Shown: in pieces, positions 39,575 to 50,380 of the stretch
Layout of the letters: the number at the start of each line of letters is the position of its first letter
Numbering within the stretch: the first letter of the stretch is position 1
Source: Bdellovibrionota bacterium
GTDB taxonomy: Bacteria > Bdellovibrionota_C > UBA2361 > JBIKUX01
DNA: 64,000 bases
Reading direction: 5' to 3'
Assembly: GCA_044347345.1 (NCBI GenBank)
Contig: JBIKUX010000005.1
Location: forward strand, 47,228 to 111,227
Translations under genes and position numbers: made by a program
The notes under the pieces: generated by a model
Databases searched by the model: none
The model's input: only the letters and a program-made list of their open reading frames with translations
Told to the model about the DNA's origin: nothing

Positions 39575-40354
39575 TTACTCAGGCTGAGTAAAACCGGCTT
39601 CTCTCTGTGTCTGTAATTTACGAGCCGCGGCATGGAAAGCTTCTCTAGCCAATACATCAGTATTTTTCCAGCCTGTCCCTGTACCACCACCCTCAGCACG
39701 TTTCTTCAGTGCCAATAGGTTATCTGTAAACGCCTTATCATGAAATGAGTAGCTTGCTCGCCACATCGTTTTCCCGTCTGAGACCCGAACTAAAACCATC
39801 CGAAATGCTACTTCTCCCGGACTAGCCGAACCCATTTGCGACCCTTCTCTGCTTGAAAATCTATCTATATCTGAGAATAAAATAGCGTCTATCCCCTTTG
39901 AACGAGCCGTTAATAAGATTTTTTGTCGCCATTTTTGCGATTGTTCAGAAGAAGCACTCAATTTTAATCTTGGAGCTTCTAATAAATCAAATATCTCTAA
40001 TGAAAGTTCATCTCGAAAAGCTTGAACTATCTCCTGAGATAAGCGCTCGCGGTCAGACGTCCCTCCAGAAAGAGCACCATTGTTAAAGTAGGGAGTAACC
40101 ACACCGATTGATGTTAACTTTATAAGTTCACGATAATCTGAATTTTGTGTGTCGAGCGACCGAATGGAATCAATACCTTTAGCAGTTGTAGTACCAGCAT
40201 ACTCCATGCAACCCACTACAAGAGTTAAAACAGCCGCTAAAAAAACCCTTTTTTTGTTAATTAGGAGTTTTTTGCCAAATTTAAGTAAACAAGGAGCAAA
40301 ATTGGAACTTCTCAATAATTCTGGACGGTAAATTTTTTTCAAAACGTTTTTCAA
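39575..40354 (-). CDS. Putative lipoprotein (alpha/beta LpoB/CsgG-like fold possible)
   Basis: AAGGAG RBS before TTG; lipobox-like VVGC; GIDAILF...VAFRMVLVRVSDGKTMW pattern. Confidence 0.6.
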   Translation of the reverse strand: MKNVLKKIYRPELLRSSNFAPCLLKFGKKLLINKKRVFLAAVLTLVVGCMEYAGTTTAKGIDSIRSLDTQNSDYRELIKLTSIGVVTPYFNNGALSGGTSDRERLSQEIVQAFRDELSLEIFDLLEAPRLKLSASSEQSQKWRQKILLTARSKGIDAILFSDIDRFSSREGSQMGSASPGEVAFRMVLVRVSDGKTMWRASYSFHDKAFTDNLLALKKRAEGGGTGTGWKNTDVLAREAFHAAARKLQTQREAGFTQPE

Positions 40355-40793
40355 AGAGTGCTCCTTTAAACAGTCTATTGCTTAACAGTCTCTTGCTTGC
40401 TCGTAACAACAATGAGCTTTTGTTTTGATACGCAAACGCATCTTACCACTCATATGAGCTCCACTGAAGATAAGTAAATAACTCAGTAAAAAAGTAATTA
40501 AGAAGTTCCCTCTGAGCGGAAGATTTATCTACTATTGTTACTGCAGTCTAGCCCTTTTTATCTAGCAGACTTTTTAAAGAAAGTAACTTTTTAAATAATG
40601 GCGAATCAAAAAATCACTAATTTACTTCCGCCTCTAACTGAGCGAGACTTACTAATAAGTGATAACTTTTTAACAAAAATTTACAGAAAGTAACAATCAG
40701 CTTGCTCTAGGCTCTTGCGTCGGCCTCGTCATTCTGATTAGTTGAGGGTCGAAAAATAATCGTCGTTGCTTGGAATATTAGTGGAGTTCACTC

Positions 40794-41237
40794 GTGGCAA
40801 AGCCAACTGAAAAGATAATTGATGCGCTTACTCAACTCATGGAAGCTTTTGTAGAGCTTCGTGACAGTATAGAGGAGAGTGAGGAAGGGGAAGGTGAAGA
40901 AGAGAGTGAGCTTGAGGATGATGAAGAAGGCGGCCATCAGTCGCGTTTGGTATCCGAATTCAGAACTGCTCTTGACTCGGTTATTGAAGCCGAAGATTTT
41001 TCGCCGGATGATTTTGCATCTCTCATCTCATCTCTTACCGAAGCCCTTGAAGAAGTAGATCCAACTATTTTTGAAGATGAAGGAGAAGAGGAAGACGAAG
41101 AATACGAAGAAGAAGACGACGAAGACTACGGCGAGGACGACGAGGATTACGACCTCGATGAAGACGACCTAGACGAAGACGACCTCGATGAAGATGAAGA
41201 GGAAGAGGAAGATGAGGATGAAGATGAAGATGACTAA
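40794..41237 (+). CDS. Extremely acidic hypothetical protein with poly-D/E tail
   Basis: GGAG RBS before GTG; helical N-terminus; last ~54 residues almost all D/E. Confidence 0.8.
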   Translation: MAKPTEKIIDALTQLMEAFVELRDSIEESEEGEGEEESELEDDEEGGHQSRLVSEFRTALDSVIEAEDFSPDDFASLISSLTEALEEVDPTIFEDEGEEEDEEYEEEDDEDYGEDDEDYDLDEDDLDEDDLDEDEEEEEDEDEDEDD

Positions 41238-41355
41238 ACATTAGACTTCATTTTTCAAAATTAGGTTGAGATTGCCTAACATAGCAAAAATACTTCTTTT
41301 TAGACCTAATATATTTTTGTGCAGTGGCAGTACTAATTCCTACTAAAAAGCTGCC

Positions 41356-41419
41356 AAGGCCTTACAGTAGCAAGGCCTTTCAGTAAAAAGGCCTTGCGGT
41401 AAAAAATCTTGTGGCAAAA
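41356..41419. repeat. 16-nt tandem array with palindromic AAGGCCTT core
   Basis: aaggccttacagtagc aaggcctttcagtaaa aaggccttgcggtaaa plus one decayed unit. Confidence 0.85.
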
Positions 41420-41466
41420 AAAGTAGTTGATGTGGTTTAACCTGCAAGCTCTACCAACTAAAAGCT

Positions 41467-43779
41467 GTGACTAAGAGACTGTGGGTAAATAGACTGTGGG
41501 TAAGAAACTACGTGTTAGAATCTGTGCCCCACTCAAAATTGCATTCCATACCATTTGGCTTCTCGCTTCCATTGTTCATCTTTGCAGCTCTCGCAACTTT
41601 TATAGCTCGTTTTGAATGTTTTGATCGAATCAATACTCACTCACTAAGCGGTACGTTAGGAGATGGGGGCATCTATTTATGGCTCTTATCCGTTGTGCCG
41701 CAAGCCTTAGATCCCGAAAATTGGTACAATGTTCCTGCCTTTTACCCTTACGGTCAGGCCTTAGCTTGGAGTGATAATTATATTCTACCCTCCCTGCTAT
41801 TAATGCTGCTAAGGTCATTTTCGACTCTTGCCCTACCCGTTCAATCACTAATTGTAGCACACAATGGTCTACTACTTGGGGCTACTGCTCTTACTGGTTG
41901 GTGTGTCAGTCGCCTGACTTTTCGTTTAACTGGCAGTTTACTACCAAGTTGTTACTCGTGTTTAGCCGTTATCTTCTGTCATTTTTTTATTGAGCATTTG
42001 GGTCATCCACAACTTCAGTATGGATTTTTTTTACCGCTATCGGCAGAAGTTGCTTTGCTGATAACGTCTGCATCGACATCAAAATCGGACAAAAAAGCTA
42101 CAAAGATACTGAGAGCTGTGCTCCTAGGTATAGTCGTTGGATGTGCCTTCCTAACCGCGGTATACTACGGAATTTTTTCAGCCTCTATTGCCATAATTAT
42201 CCTTCTTTGTTGGTTAGCAACTGCATTTAGTCGCCGTTGTATAGCTGAGCTAACTTATCTGGTCTTTGGAGGCATTCTCGGATTTTCTCCTTTTATCCCT
42301 TTTTTATTGCCTTATTTTGCTACCGAGGCAACTTTTGGACAAAGAAATCTTTACGAAGCTTATTACTTTTCAGCACATCTTTTATCTTATCTTTCAGCAG
42401 GACCGCTCCATACCTATTCTGGTATACTTGGAAAATCAACCTGGTCTCACAGTGAAGCACATCTGTCATTAGGAATTATAAGCCCAATTCTCCTTCTTTG
42501 GGGTGCAGTTTCAACAAACTATTTACATAAATATAAAATTGGAATAACCGTTTGCTTTGCTTCCTTAATGTTAGCACTTGCTACTAATATTCATGGCTTA
42601 GGAATTCCTAGTCTAAAAGTTGCAAGCGCATTTCTTGCATGGATAGCTCTTACAAGTGGTGTTTTTGTATTTATCCAAAGCCAAAAACTTACTAACTCAA
42701 ATTCCATCCATTTAGGGGCATTAACGCTAGTAATACTTACTTCAATTATTTTCTCATTAGGACCTCTTGGTAATCCAGTTAAAGGTGAACTCGCTTTAGG
42801 TCCATTTGCAGTAGCTCATCAATTCATACCTGGTATGGGGGGGATTAGAGCTGTAAGCAGATGGGGAGTGGTGGTATTAATCTTTTTACCTGTTATAGCT
42901 GCAGTCCTGGCTCACAGGGCTTATAAACAAATAGCCCTAGCAAAAACATACAAACGAGCCTTTTTTCAATATTTTTTTTGGTTATCCTTCATGATTCTAG
43001 TGTTTCTAGAGCAATACACCACAGGATACGGGAAAGGGATGGAAGAATTACCGAAGATTCCTCCCGTAGTACACAGTATGACAAGAAGTGAAAAAAATTC
43101 AGGAGCAATCATTTTTCTGCCGATGAGTCATCCTCTTAGCTCTACTGGAGAGATACTATCTTGGAGCGATTTTATTCGTCGAAATATCACCGCTATGAAC
43201 GCATCAGTTCACTTAAATATGCCTACTGTTAATGGATATTCGGGAGTAAAAACAAAAATTATGCGAGACTTACCAAGAAGAACTCGCTTGTTTCCTGACG
43301 AAAGAAGCTGTACAGCTCTTCAAGAAATATCAGGATTAAAATTTGTAGTTTGGGAACAACACAATAAACTCGTGATACCAAAATCTTTACCATCATGCCT
43401 TAGCTATCTAGGTCATGACGATACCGGCTATCATCTATTTAAAATAAAAGATGAGGTTCCGCTAAATGGTGAACGCACCGTAATAGCCTCTCCAACATCA
43501 ACAAGTATTTTACTACAATTTAGTGGCTGCAACGCAGTTACTATCCAAGAATCAATTAATAAAAACGTCATTTCGACTAGCGATCTTAATCTAGTTGGTC
43601 ATGCTACAAAAAGAGTTATTTGCCCATCTAAAATTACATCAACAAAAATGGCACCGCGCTATTGGCAAATTAAACCTAGCTCATCAAAGCCAGAAAATAC
43701 CTGTTTTTTCTCAGTAACAAAAGCCCCATCTGTGCCCTATTCGATTGATGAAATTGCTGGTAGATGCTTTTTGGATTAA
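41467..43779 (+). CDS. Polytopic membrane protein, probable GT-C-fold glycosyltransferase (YfhO/PMT-like)
   Basis: More than 10 TMs; N-terminal loop GD..IYLW...[27 protein letters not shown]. Confidence 0.65.
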   Translation: MTKRLWVNRLWVRNYVLESVPHSKLHSIPFGFSLPLFIFAALATFIARFECFDRINTHSLSGTLGDGGIYLWLLSVVPQALDPENWYNVPAFYPYGQALAWSDNYILPSLLLMLLRSFSTLALPVQSLIVAHNGLLLGATALTGWCVSRLTFRLTGSLLPSCYSCLAVIFCHFFIEHLGHPQLQYGFFLPLSAEVALLITSASTSKSDKKATKILRAVLLGIVVGCAFLTAVYYGIFSASIAIIILLCWLATAFSRRCIAELTYLVFGGILGFSPFIPFLLPYFATEATFGQRNLYEAYYFSAHLLSYLSAGPLHTYSGILGKSTWSHSEAHLSLGIISPILLLWGAVSTNYLHKYKIGITVCFASLMLALATNIHGLGIPSLKVASAFLAWIALTSGVFVFIQSQKLTNSNSIHLGALTLVILTSIIFSLGPLGNPVKGELALGPFAVAHQFIPGMGGIRAVSRWGVVVLIFLPVIAAVLAHRAYKQIALAKTYKRAFFQYFFWLSFMILVFLEQYTTGYGKGMEELPKIPPVVHSMTRSEKNSGAIIFLPMSHPLSSTGEILSWSDFIRRNITAMNASVHLNMPTVNGYSGVKTKIMRDLPRRTRLFPDERSCTALQEISGLKFVVWEQHNKLVIPKSLPSCLSYLGHDDTGYHLFKIKDEVPLNGERTVIASPTSTSILLQFSGCNAVTIQESINKNVISTSDLNLVGHATKRVICPSKITSTKMAPRYWQIKPSSSKPENTCFFSVTKAPSVPYSIDEIAGRCFLD

Positions 43780-45506
43780 GAGTCTGTGATACATCCAAGC
43801 GAAGCAGATGCTACAAGCGCTCGATATTTTTTAAGCACACCATGCAACTTTACCTCTTTGTTTCCATAACCTTGAGTTTGATGACGTTGTTTATCTGAGT
43901 TAACTTGCCAACTAGCACGTCGCTCAGCCAGTGTATTATCGTCTACCACTAAAACTAATTTACCGGAAACTGCATCGATACTAATTTGGTCACCGTCCTC
44001 TACAAGAGCTAATAATCCCCCGACATAAGCTTCTGGAGTGATGTGACCTACCACAAAACCGTGAGTACCCCCTGAAAAGCGCCCATCAGTAATAAGAGCT
44101 ACAGACTTTCCTAACCCTCTCCCCATGATTGCCGCGGTTATTTTAAGCATCTCCCTCATCCCAGGACCGCCTTTTGGACCTTCGTAGCGAATAACCACTA
44201 CGTCGCCGCTTTTTACCTTACCTTCCTGAATACCGATTAAACATTCTTCCTCTGAATTAAACACTCTAGCCGGTCCAGAAAAGTGCTCACCTTCTTTACC
44301 TGTTATTTTTGCTACTGATCCCTCAGAGGCAAGATTTCCATATAAAATTTTAAGATGACCAGTCTCTTTTACAGGATTACGGGGTGAAAAAATAATCTTT
44401 TGGTTTGCCTTTAAATCCGGCCATTCAGCTAGATTCTCCGCCAATGTTTTTCCTGTTACTGTTAAACAGTCACCATTAAGTAGGCCTTCTTTAAGTAATA
44501 ATTTCATTACTGCTGGTAACCCTCCGACCTCAAAAAGATCCTCCATTACATAAGTACCACTTGGCTTAAGATCAGCAAGAAGAGGAGTTTTGTTATTTAT
44601 ACGAGTAATATCATCTAATGAAAAATCAACTCCAGCTGAGTAAGCTATTGCTAGAAGATGGAGTACGGCATTAGTGGATCCCCCGGTAGCTACAACTACA
44701 GAAACGGCATTCTCTAAACTCTCCCGCGTAATAATTTTGCTGGGAGTAATATCATGTTCAAGACATAATTTAATCGCCTCTCCGACCCTTTGAAGGCACT
44801 CTTCTTTCTTCTTGTCATGAGTAGCTGGAATTGATGAACTGTTTGGAAGACTTAAGCCAAGTGCTTCAATAGCACTTGCCATAGTGTTAGCTGTGTACAT
44901 TCCACCACATGCCCCAGCTCCCGGGCATGAATGTTTCAACACTTCTCGGTACTCTTTTTCAGATATGGTTCCAGCTAAAAACTGACCATAAGCTTCAAAA
45001 GCTGAGACAATATCTAACTTTTGCTCTTTCAACCATCCTGGTCTAATTGTCCCACCATAAACCATAATAGATGGGCGGTTAACTCTGGCCATGGCGATAA
45101 CTGACCCTGGCATATTTTTATCACAGCCAGGAACAGCTACTAAAGCATCGTAATACTGAGCTCCCATGACTGTTTCAATTGAATCAGCAATCACATCTCG
45201 GGAAACCAGCGAATACTTCATACCCTCTGTGCCCATTGAGATACCATCACTAACGCCAATTGTGTGAAATATAAGCCCCACTAAACCTGCTGATTTAACA
45301 CCTGTCTTGATATCTTGAGCGAGGCTGTTCAGATGCAAATTACAGGTATTTCCCTCCCATCCCATGCTTGCAATACCAACTTGAGCACGAGAAAAATCTT
45401 CATCAGTTAATCCCACGCCATAAAGCATTGCCTGCGACCCAGACTGAGTTGGATCTTGAGTTAAACGACTACTAAATTTGTTAAGGGGTTTGTTATTAGG
45501 CGACAT
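43776..45506 (-). CDS. ilvD: Dihydroxy-acid dehydratase
   Basis: [50 protein letters not shown]. Confidence 0.97.
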   Translation of the reverse strand: MSPNNKPLNKFSSRLTQDPTQSGSQAMLYGVGLTDEDFSRAQVGIASMGWEGNTCNLHLNSLAQDIKTGVKSAGLVGLIFHTIGVSDGISMGTEGMKYSLVSRDVIADSIETVMGAQYYDALVAVPGCDKNMPGSVIAMARVNRPSIMVYGGTIRPGWLKEQKLDIVSAFEAYGQFLAGTISEKEYREVLKHSCPGAGACGGMYTANTMASAIEALGLSLPNSSSIPATHDKKKEECLQRVGEAIKLCLEHDITPSKIITRESLENAVSVVVATGGSTNAVLHLLAIAYSAGVDFSLDDITRINNKTPLLADLKPSGTYVMEDLFEVGGLPAVMKLLLKEGLLNGDCLTVTGKTLAENLAEWPDLKANQKIIFSPRNPVKETGHLKILYGNLASEGSVAKITGKEGEHFSGPARVFNSEEECLIGIQEGKVKSGDVVVIRYEGPKGGPGMREMLKITAAIMGRGLGKSVALITDGRFSGGTHGFVVGHITPEAYVGGLLALVEDGDQISIDAVSGKLVLVVDDNTLAERRASWQVNSDKQRHQTQGYGNKEVKLHGVLKKYRALVASASLGCITDS

Positions 45507-45653
45507 GATTACTAAGCAATTATTCAGAAATAAAATTTATTGAAACCACAGGGTCGATTACAGGCTCTGACTTAGATTCCACCCCTCTTGATGTATTGTC
45601 AAATTTATTGATTGAGCTCGAATAATTTAGGATCTTATAAAGTAATTTTCACT

Positions 45654-45830
45654 TTATTCTTTACGCATTGAAGAACCTAAAGAATAAATAAAAAGGCCGA
45701 CAAAGAGAAGTATAAGGAGTCTAGCAAATTGGTGACTTGCATTTCCTGACACCTTCAGAGAGAGGCCGCTTGCAAGACTAACTAATATAAGTAGTGAAAA
45801 ACCGATAACTACGTACCGAGAAATATCCAT
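45654..45830 (-). CDS. Small 58-aa two-TM membrane protein (below ORF-track cutoff)
   Basis: Manual translation MDISRYVVIGFSLLILVSLASGLSLKVSGNASHQFARLLILLFVGLFIYSLGSSMRKE*; TAAGGTG upstream. Confidence 0.55.
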   Translation of the reverse strand: MDISRYVVIGFSLLILVSLASGLSLKVSGNASHQFARLLILLFVGLFIYSLGSSMRKE

Positions 45831-45953
45831 AGCACCTTACTTAAACAGCACCTTGCTTAAAACCACAACTTCCCAAAATTGTTACTTTTTTTTAATTAAA
45901 ATGCAAGCTTAGTTGAGTATAAAAAAATCTTAGTAAGAATTATCCATCAAAAT

Positions 45954-47180
45954 CTAATTCCTGTTTTTACAGCCATAACAGTCCGATTTAATAACTGCGA
46001 CCACTCTTCCCGGATACTTTTGCATACCTGCGCGAAATCCTGATTTTTCACCAGTACCAAAAAAAATATCAACCCTTTCAACTCCTACAATTGCTCCCCC
46101 CGTATCTTGAGCTGACATAATACCCATAAGTGGCTCTAACTTGAACTTTTCCTCGCTACTACCCTCAGAATCTACTGCTACAGTTTCAACAAAAAGAGGA
46201 GTACCTAAGGGATATATCTTAGGGTCGACAGCAACACTTCTTTGTGGTGTAAGCGGTACTCCTAAACTCCCAATCGGCCCTTCGCCCTCTGCAGAGGATA
46301 TAATCCGAAAAAACACGTAACTTTCATCATAGGTGAGAGTTTGTTGCAGATATTGCGGATTTTCTCGAAGAAAAGCCCTGATTCGTTGCATTGATACCTC
46401 ACTACTTGTCAAAAAACCTTGTTCAATAAGGTAGCGACCAATAGGACGATATGGATGTCCATTTTTGTCTGCAAAACCGACTTTAACTATTCGATTATCA
46501 GGCAACACTATTTGACCAGAACCTTGAATATGAAGAAAAGCTCTATCAACTGGATCTTTTAACCAAGCAATTTCCAATCCTCGCCCTGAGAGCGCTTGCT
46601 CATAATCAATCTGTTTTCTCGAAAAGTATGGGACTAATGAACCATCACTAATCCGTCTAGCTCTTCCCAAAGTAAATCTTTTCGAATCTTCACTATGAAC
46701 AAGGTCATCAGGTAATCCGTAGAGAGGGAATCTATGTGCAGGTGTTGGCACAAGAGAGCCGTAAATAACCGGCTCATAGTAGCCTGTTATTAGGCCTTTT
46801 CCTGAGTCTTCACTGCAAATAGCAATAAAATTACGTTCAAGAAATTTTGCCAGTGCTTCTCCCTCTCCCCACTGACGTACGCTATCAGCGATAATAAGAT
46901 TAGACGATATGAGATCTGAACGCGTAACTGTTAGAGGTCCAAGAGTCAGAAGAGCAGAAGAGTCACGTTTTGCAAGACTTGATGCAGTTGCCTCAAGGGT
47001 ACGAGCTACTTGTTCCCGATCCGAAAAGCTAGAAGCACTATTATTATCACCGCTAAAAATTTTGGCTAGAGTGCCAGACTCACATATAACTAAACTGATA
47101 GGACTAATCTTGCGTGCACACCCAAATCCACCGCAAAAAAAGATCGCGATAAGCGCTAGTAATCTCAAAAAATGATACAC
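45954..47180 (-). CDS. mltA: Membrane-bound lytic murein transglycosylase A
   Basis: Lipobox GFGC, TGYYEP, FLHIQGSG, NGHPY, SYVFF, AVDP, QDTGGAI, DIFFG. Confidence 0.93.
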   Translation of the reverse strand: MYHFLRLLALIAIFFCGGFGCARKISPISLVICESGTLAKIFSGDNNSASSFSDREQVARTLEATASSLAKRDSSALLTLGPLTVTRSDLISSNLIIADSVRQWGEGEALAKFLERNFIAICSEDSGKGLITGYYEPVIYGSLVPTPAHRFPLYGLPDDLVHSEDSKRFTLGRARRISDGSLVPYFSRKQIDYEQALSGRGLEIAWLKDPVDRAFLHIQGSGQIVLPDNRIVKVGFADKNGHPYRPIGRYLIEQGFLTSSEVSMQRIRAFLRENPQYLQQTLTYDESYVFFRIISSAEGEGPIGSLGVPLTPQRSVAVDPKIYPLGTPLFVETVAVDSEGSSEEKFKLEPLMGIMSAQDTGGAIVGVERVDIFFGTGEKSGFRAGMQKYPGRVVAVIKSDCYGCKNRN

Positions 47181-48311
47181 AAACCCTCCCCCCCTCTAAC
47201 ACGAAGAAATACTGACTCATCAGAGCTATACGATCATGCTTGGGAGTATATCACCGCATTTCTCTCGCAGAAGAGCCCTGAAACTCAACGTACCTACAAA
47301 ACTGTTCTTAGGGAATTTACCTCTTTTTTGGGAAGTAGTTACGGTACGAGTAAAGCAGCTCAGGTTTTGTGTCGCGTTGATGAACGAATTGTTCTATCAT
47401 ACAGGGAATGGATAACTCACCTGCCAGGACAAACAAGCACGGTAATTCGTGCGAGTTATTCAAATTCAAATGAACAATGTTCCCCTACCACTACTTATCT
47501 TTTTAACCAAAGTCCCGTCCACCCAACCCAAACGCCACACTCCAAGCGTGATGGTTTTCAGAGAACAGCGGGAAACGCCACGATAAGAAAAAAACTCACC
47601 ATAATGCGACGTATCTACCGCGCGTTGTCGCCGATAATTTCTCATAATCCTTTCGATACCGATCTAATCTCCATACCCTCCGAAAGGTCTGGAATGAAAC
47701 GTCCTACACAATTGCTCTCTAATTTGGAGGTCACTAAACTTCTTGCACTTCCAGATCGTGCATCTATTAAGGGCTCACAAGACTACTGTATCCTTGCTCT
47801 TTTATTTGGATGTGGGCTAAGGCGAGGAGAAATAGCGCGGCTAGCTATGGGAGACATAGGAACCTCAAGAAAAAAAGACCTTCTAACGGTTACTCTTAGA
47901 GCGCCCAAAGGAGGAAAAGATGCAACTCTGCCACTACCATCTTGGACAGCCTCAGCAGTAAAAACCCAAAAATTTCTGCGTGAAAGTCACGGAGCCTCAT
48001 CCAGAGATCCACTGTTTGTTGGATTTAGCGGAAGAGGCGGTATTATTCCAACAACTCGCCCTATCTCAGTTGAAAGTATTTATACGATGTTTCTAAGATA
48101 CTCTAAGCTGGCGAATCTAGCTTTAGGAGTTGCGCCTCATGCCGCAAGAGCAACAGCTATTACTACATTGCTTGATCGTGGGTTTTCCCACCGAGATGTA
48201 AAAAACTTTTCTCGGCATTCTAGTATTCAAATGGTAGAGGTATATGACAAACGTCGACTTGAAATAGAAGATAATCCTGCTTTAAGTCTTGATTATGAAA
48301 CTAAAAACTAG
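47172..48311 (+). CDS. Tyrosine recombinase/integrase
   Basis: Catalytic set GLRRGE (R), PKGGK (K), PHAAR (HxxR), SRH (H), EVYD (Y). Confidence 0.9.
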   Translation: MIHKPSPPLTRRNTDSSELYDHAWEYITAFLSQKSPETQRTYKTVLREFTSFLGSSYGTSKAAQVLCRVDERIVLSYREWITHLPGQTSTVIRASYSNSNEQCSPTTTYLFNQSPVHPTQTPHSKRDGFQRTAGNATIRKKLTIMRRIYRALSPIISHNPFDTDLISIPSERSGMKRPTQLLSNLEVTKLLALPDRASIKGSQDYCILALLFGCGLRRGEIARLAMGDIGTSRKKDLLTVTLRAPKGGKDATLPLPSWTASAVKTQKFLRESHGASSRDPLFVGFSGRGGIIPTTRPISVESIYTMFLRYSKLANLALGVAPHAARATAITTLLDRGFSHRDVKNFSRHSSIQMVEVYDKRRLEIEDNPALSLDYETKN

Positions 48312-48378
48312 CCCTATAGTTTACCACAAGATCTAGTAGCTAAAGCGCGGATACAAACTAAGTTTATTATTAAAAACC

Positions 48379-50312
48379 ATGGTTCAAGGATTATCTAAAA
48401 GTTTCGCTGATGAACAACTAAAAAAATTTGGGCCTAATGAATTACCTTCAGCACAACAAAAGCAATTATGGAGAATCGCCTATGAGGTTCTCAAAGAGCC
48501 AATGTTTCTGCTACTTCTTTTAAGTGGCACTTTTTACTTTCTTTTAGGAGATTACAAAGAAAGTCTGGTTCTTCTCTCCACAATTTTCGTTATCATCAGT
48601 ATCACCTTTTATCAATACACAAGAACCGAACGAGCCCTTCAATCATTAAGAGACCTTTCATCCCCTCGAGCACTAGTTATCCGTGATGGCCAGGAGATTA
48701 GAATAGCAGGCAGAGAGGTGGTGCCAATGGATTTACTAGTTTTAAATGAAGGAGACCGTATACCGGCTGATGCCCAACTTACGGAGGCTACGAATTTGTT
48801 ACTTGATGAATCATTATTTACTGGCGAGTCACAACCGCTTCAAAAGTCACTGGAAGAGGGGCAATCACAACTTTTAAGTGCGACTTTAATCGTACAGGGC
48901 AGAGGTAAGGCACTAGTAACCAAAACAGGAACTAATACTGAATTCGGCAAAATTGGCCTAACTTTACAAAACTTAGAGGATAATCCCACCAGATTTCAAT
49001 TAGAAATAAAAATCTTAGTAAAACGACTAGCTATTATAGGGATTTTAGTTTCAATCGCCGTTGTACTCGCATTTTACTTGTCGAGAGGCAATTTTTTAAA
49101 GTCATTACTAAGTGGATTAGCTGCGTCCATGTCTATTTTACCGGAAGAATTTCCGGTTGTATTAACTATTTTTTTAGCATTAGGAGCTTGGAGACTTTCA
49201 CTCAAAAATGTTCTAACTAGGAAACCTTCAGCTATAGAAACTTTAGGCTCTGCTACAGTTCTTTGTACTGACAAAACAGGAACTATTACGCAAAACAAGA
49301 TGCAGATTCAAGTTATTAGTGATGGGCTTGTATCACACCAAATTAAGAATGTACATGCAGAATACAAGGACATGCCGAGCATTATTCAGTCAGCATTTAG
49401 AGCTTCTCTTGAAGTGTCAATTGATCCTATGGAACAAGCTATTCAAGAAGAATATTATCGTTTATTTGATAATAATAAAGAGGTTTATACTCTCATAAGA
49501 GAATATCCTTTAAGCAAGCACCTGATGGCTATGACACGTGTGCTGAAGATTTCCGATGATCCCTTACACCTTTATGCATCCGCTAAAGGAGCCCCAGAGG
49601 CTATCTTTGAGATTTGCAAACTAAGCAAAGATCTTAAACAGCAATATTTAGAATCGGTAATTAAATTAGCTAAAAAAGGATATAGAGTTTTAGGTGTTGC
49701 ATCTGCTGCTCCTTTTATAGGTGAGTTACCGGAAACTCAAACAGAATTCAATTTTAAGTTCCAAGGCTTAATTGGCTTGGCAGATCCTATTCGGCCTGAA
49801 GTTCCGGAAGCTATTAGCAAATGCTACACGGCTGGTATTAAAGTAATTATGATTACCGGTGATTACCCTTAAAACAGCTAAAAGTATAGCTCAGGAAATT
49901 TTTAAATTATCCAATTCTGAAGAAGTAATTACCGGTGATATGCTAAATTCATTTAGTGATAGCCAATTAAGCGAGACAATAAGGAACACTACTATATTTG
50001 CCCAAATTATCTCTGAACAAAAGCTCAGAATTGTCGAAGCGCTTCTAATAATAGGTAACCTTTTTTTTAATATTAACTAACTTATCCGAAACAAGGAGCT
50101 GTTTGGCCGTTTTAACCGAAAAAAATTGGTCAGCAGTGGGAATACTTTTGCTGTCTACTGCAATTATGGTGCTAATAACTTCAGTACCAGCTCTCGGAGC
50201 TTTATTCAGCTTTGAATTCCCAGGATACAAGCATTTTATCTCATCAATTATAAGCGCCTCAATCTTACTTTTCACACTTGAAAGTTTCAAAGTTATGAGA
50301 AATAGAAGCTGA
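48379..50312 (+). pseudogene. Decayed cation-transporting P-type (P2-like) ATPase
   Basis: GPNEL, TGES, PEEF, DKTGT (49270), KGAPE, DPIR, MITGD are present. +1 frameshift at about 49870, deletion of the GDGxND region at about 50045, +1 slip in T8 at 50061-50068. Confidence 0.9.
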
Positions 50313-50380
50313 TATTTTTGTGTATATTCTACAAGATAAACCTTATTTATCGTTAAAAAGATTTGTTCGCATCATTTTTG

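Noticed and set aside
40690-40760. Hairpin upstream of the acidic protein as a structured RNA
   Set aside because: Single imperfect stem with no family signature; cannot be supported without a covariance search.
45720-45780. Riboswitch or ncRNA upstream of ilvD (cttgca...tgcaag stem)
   Set aside because: No recognisable family motif; the region is better explained by the 58-aa membrane ORF.
21743-48311. One integrative conjugative element spanning the T4CP and the recombinase
   Set aside because: The interval contains core genes (ftsK, lolA, pst, ilvD, mltA) and no relaxase, VirB4 or att repeats.
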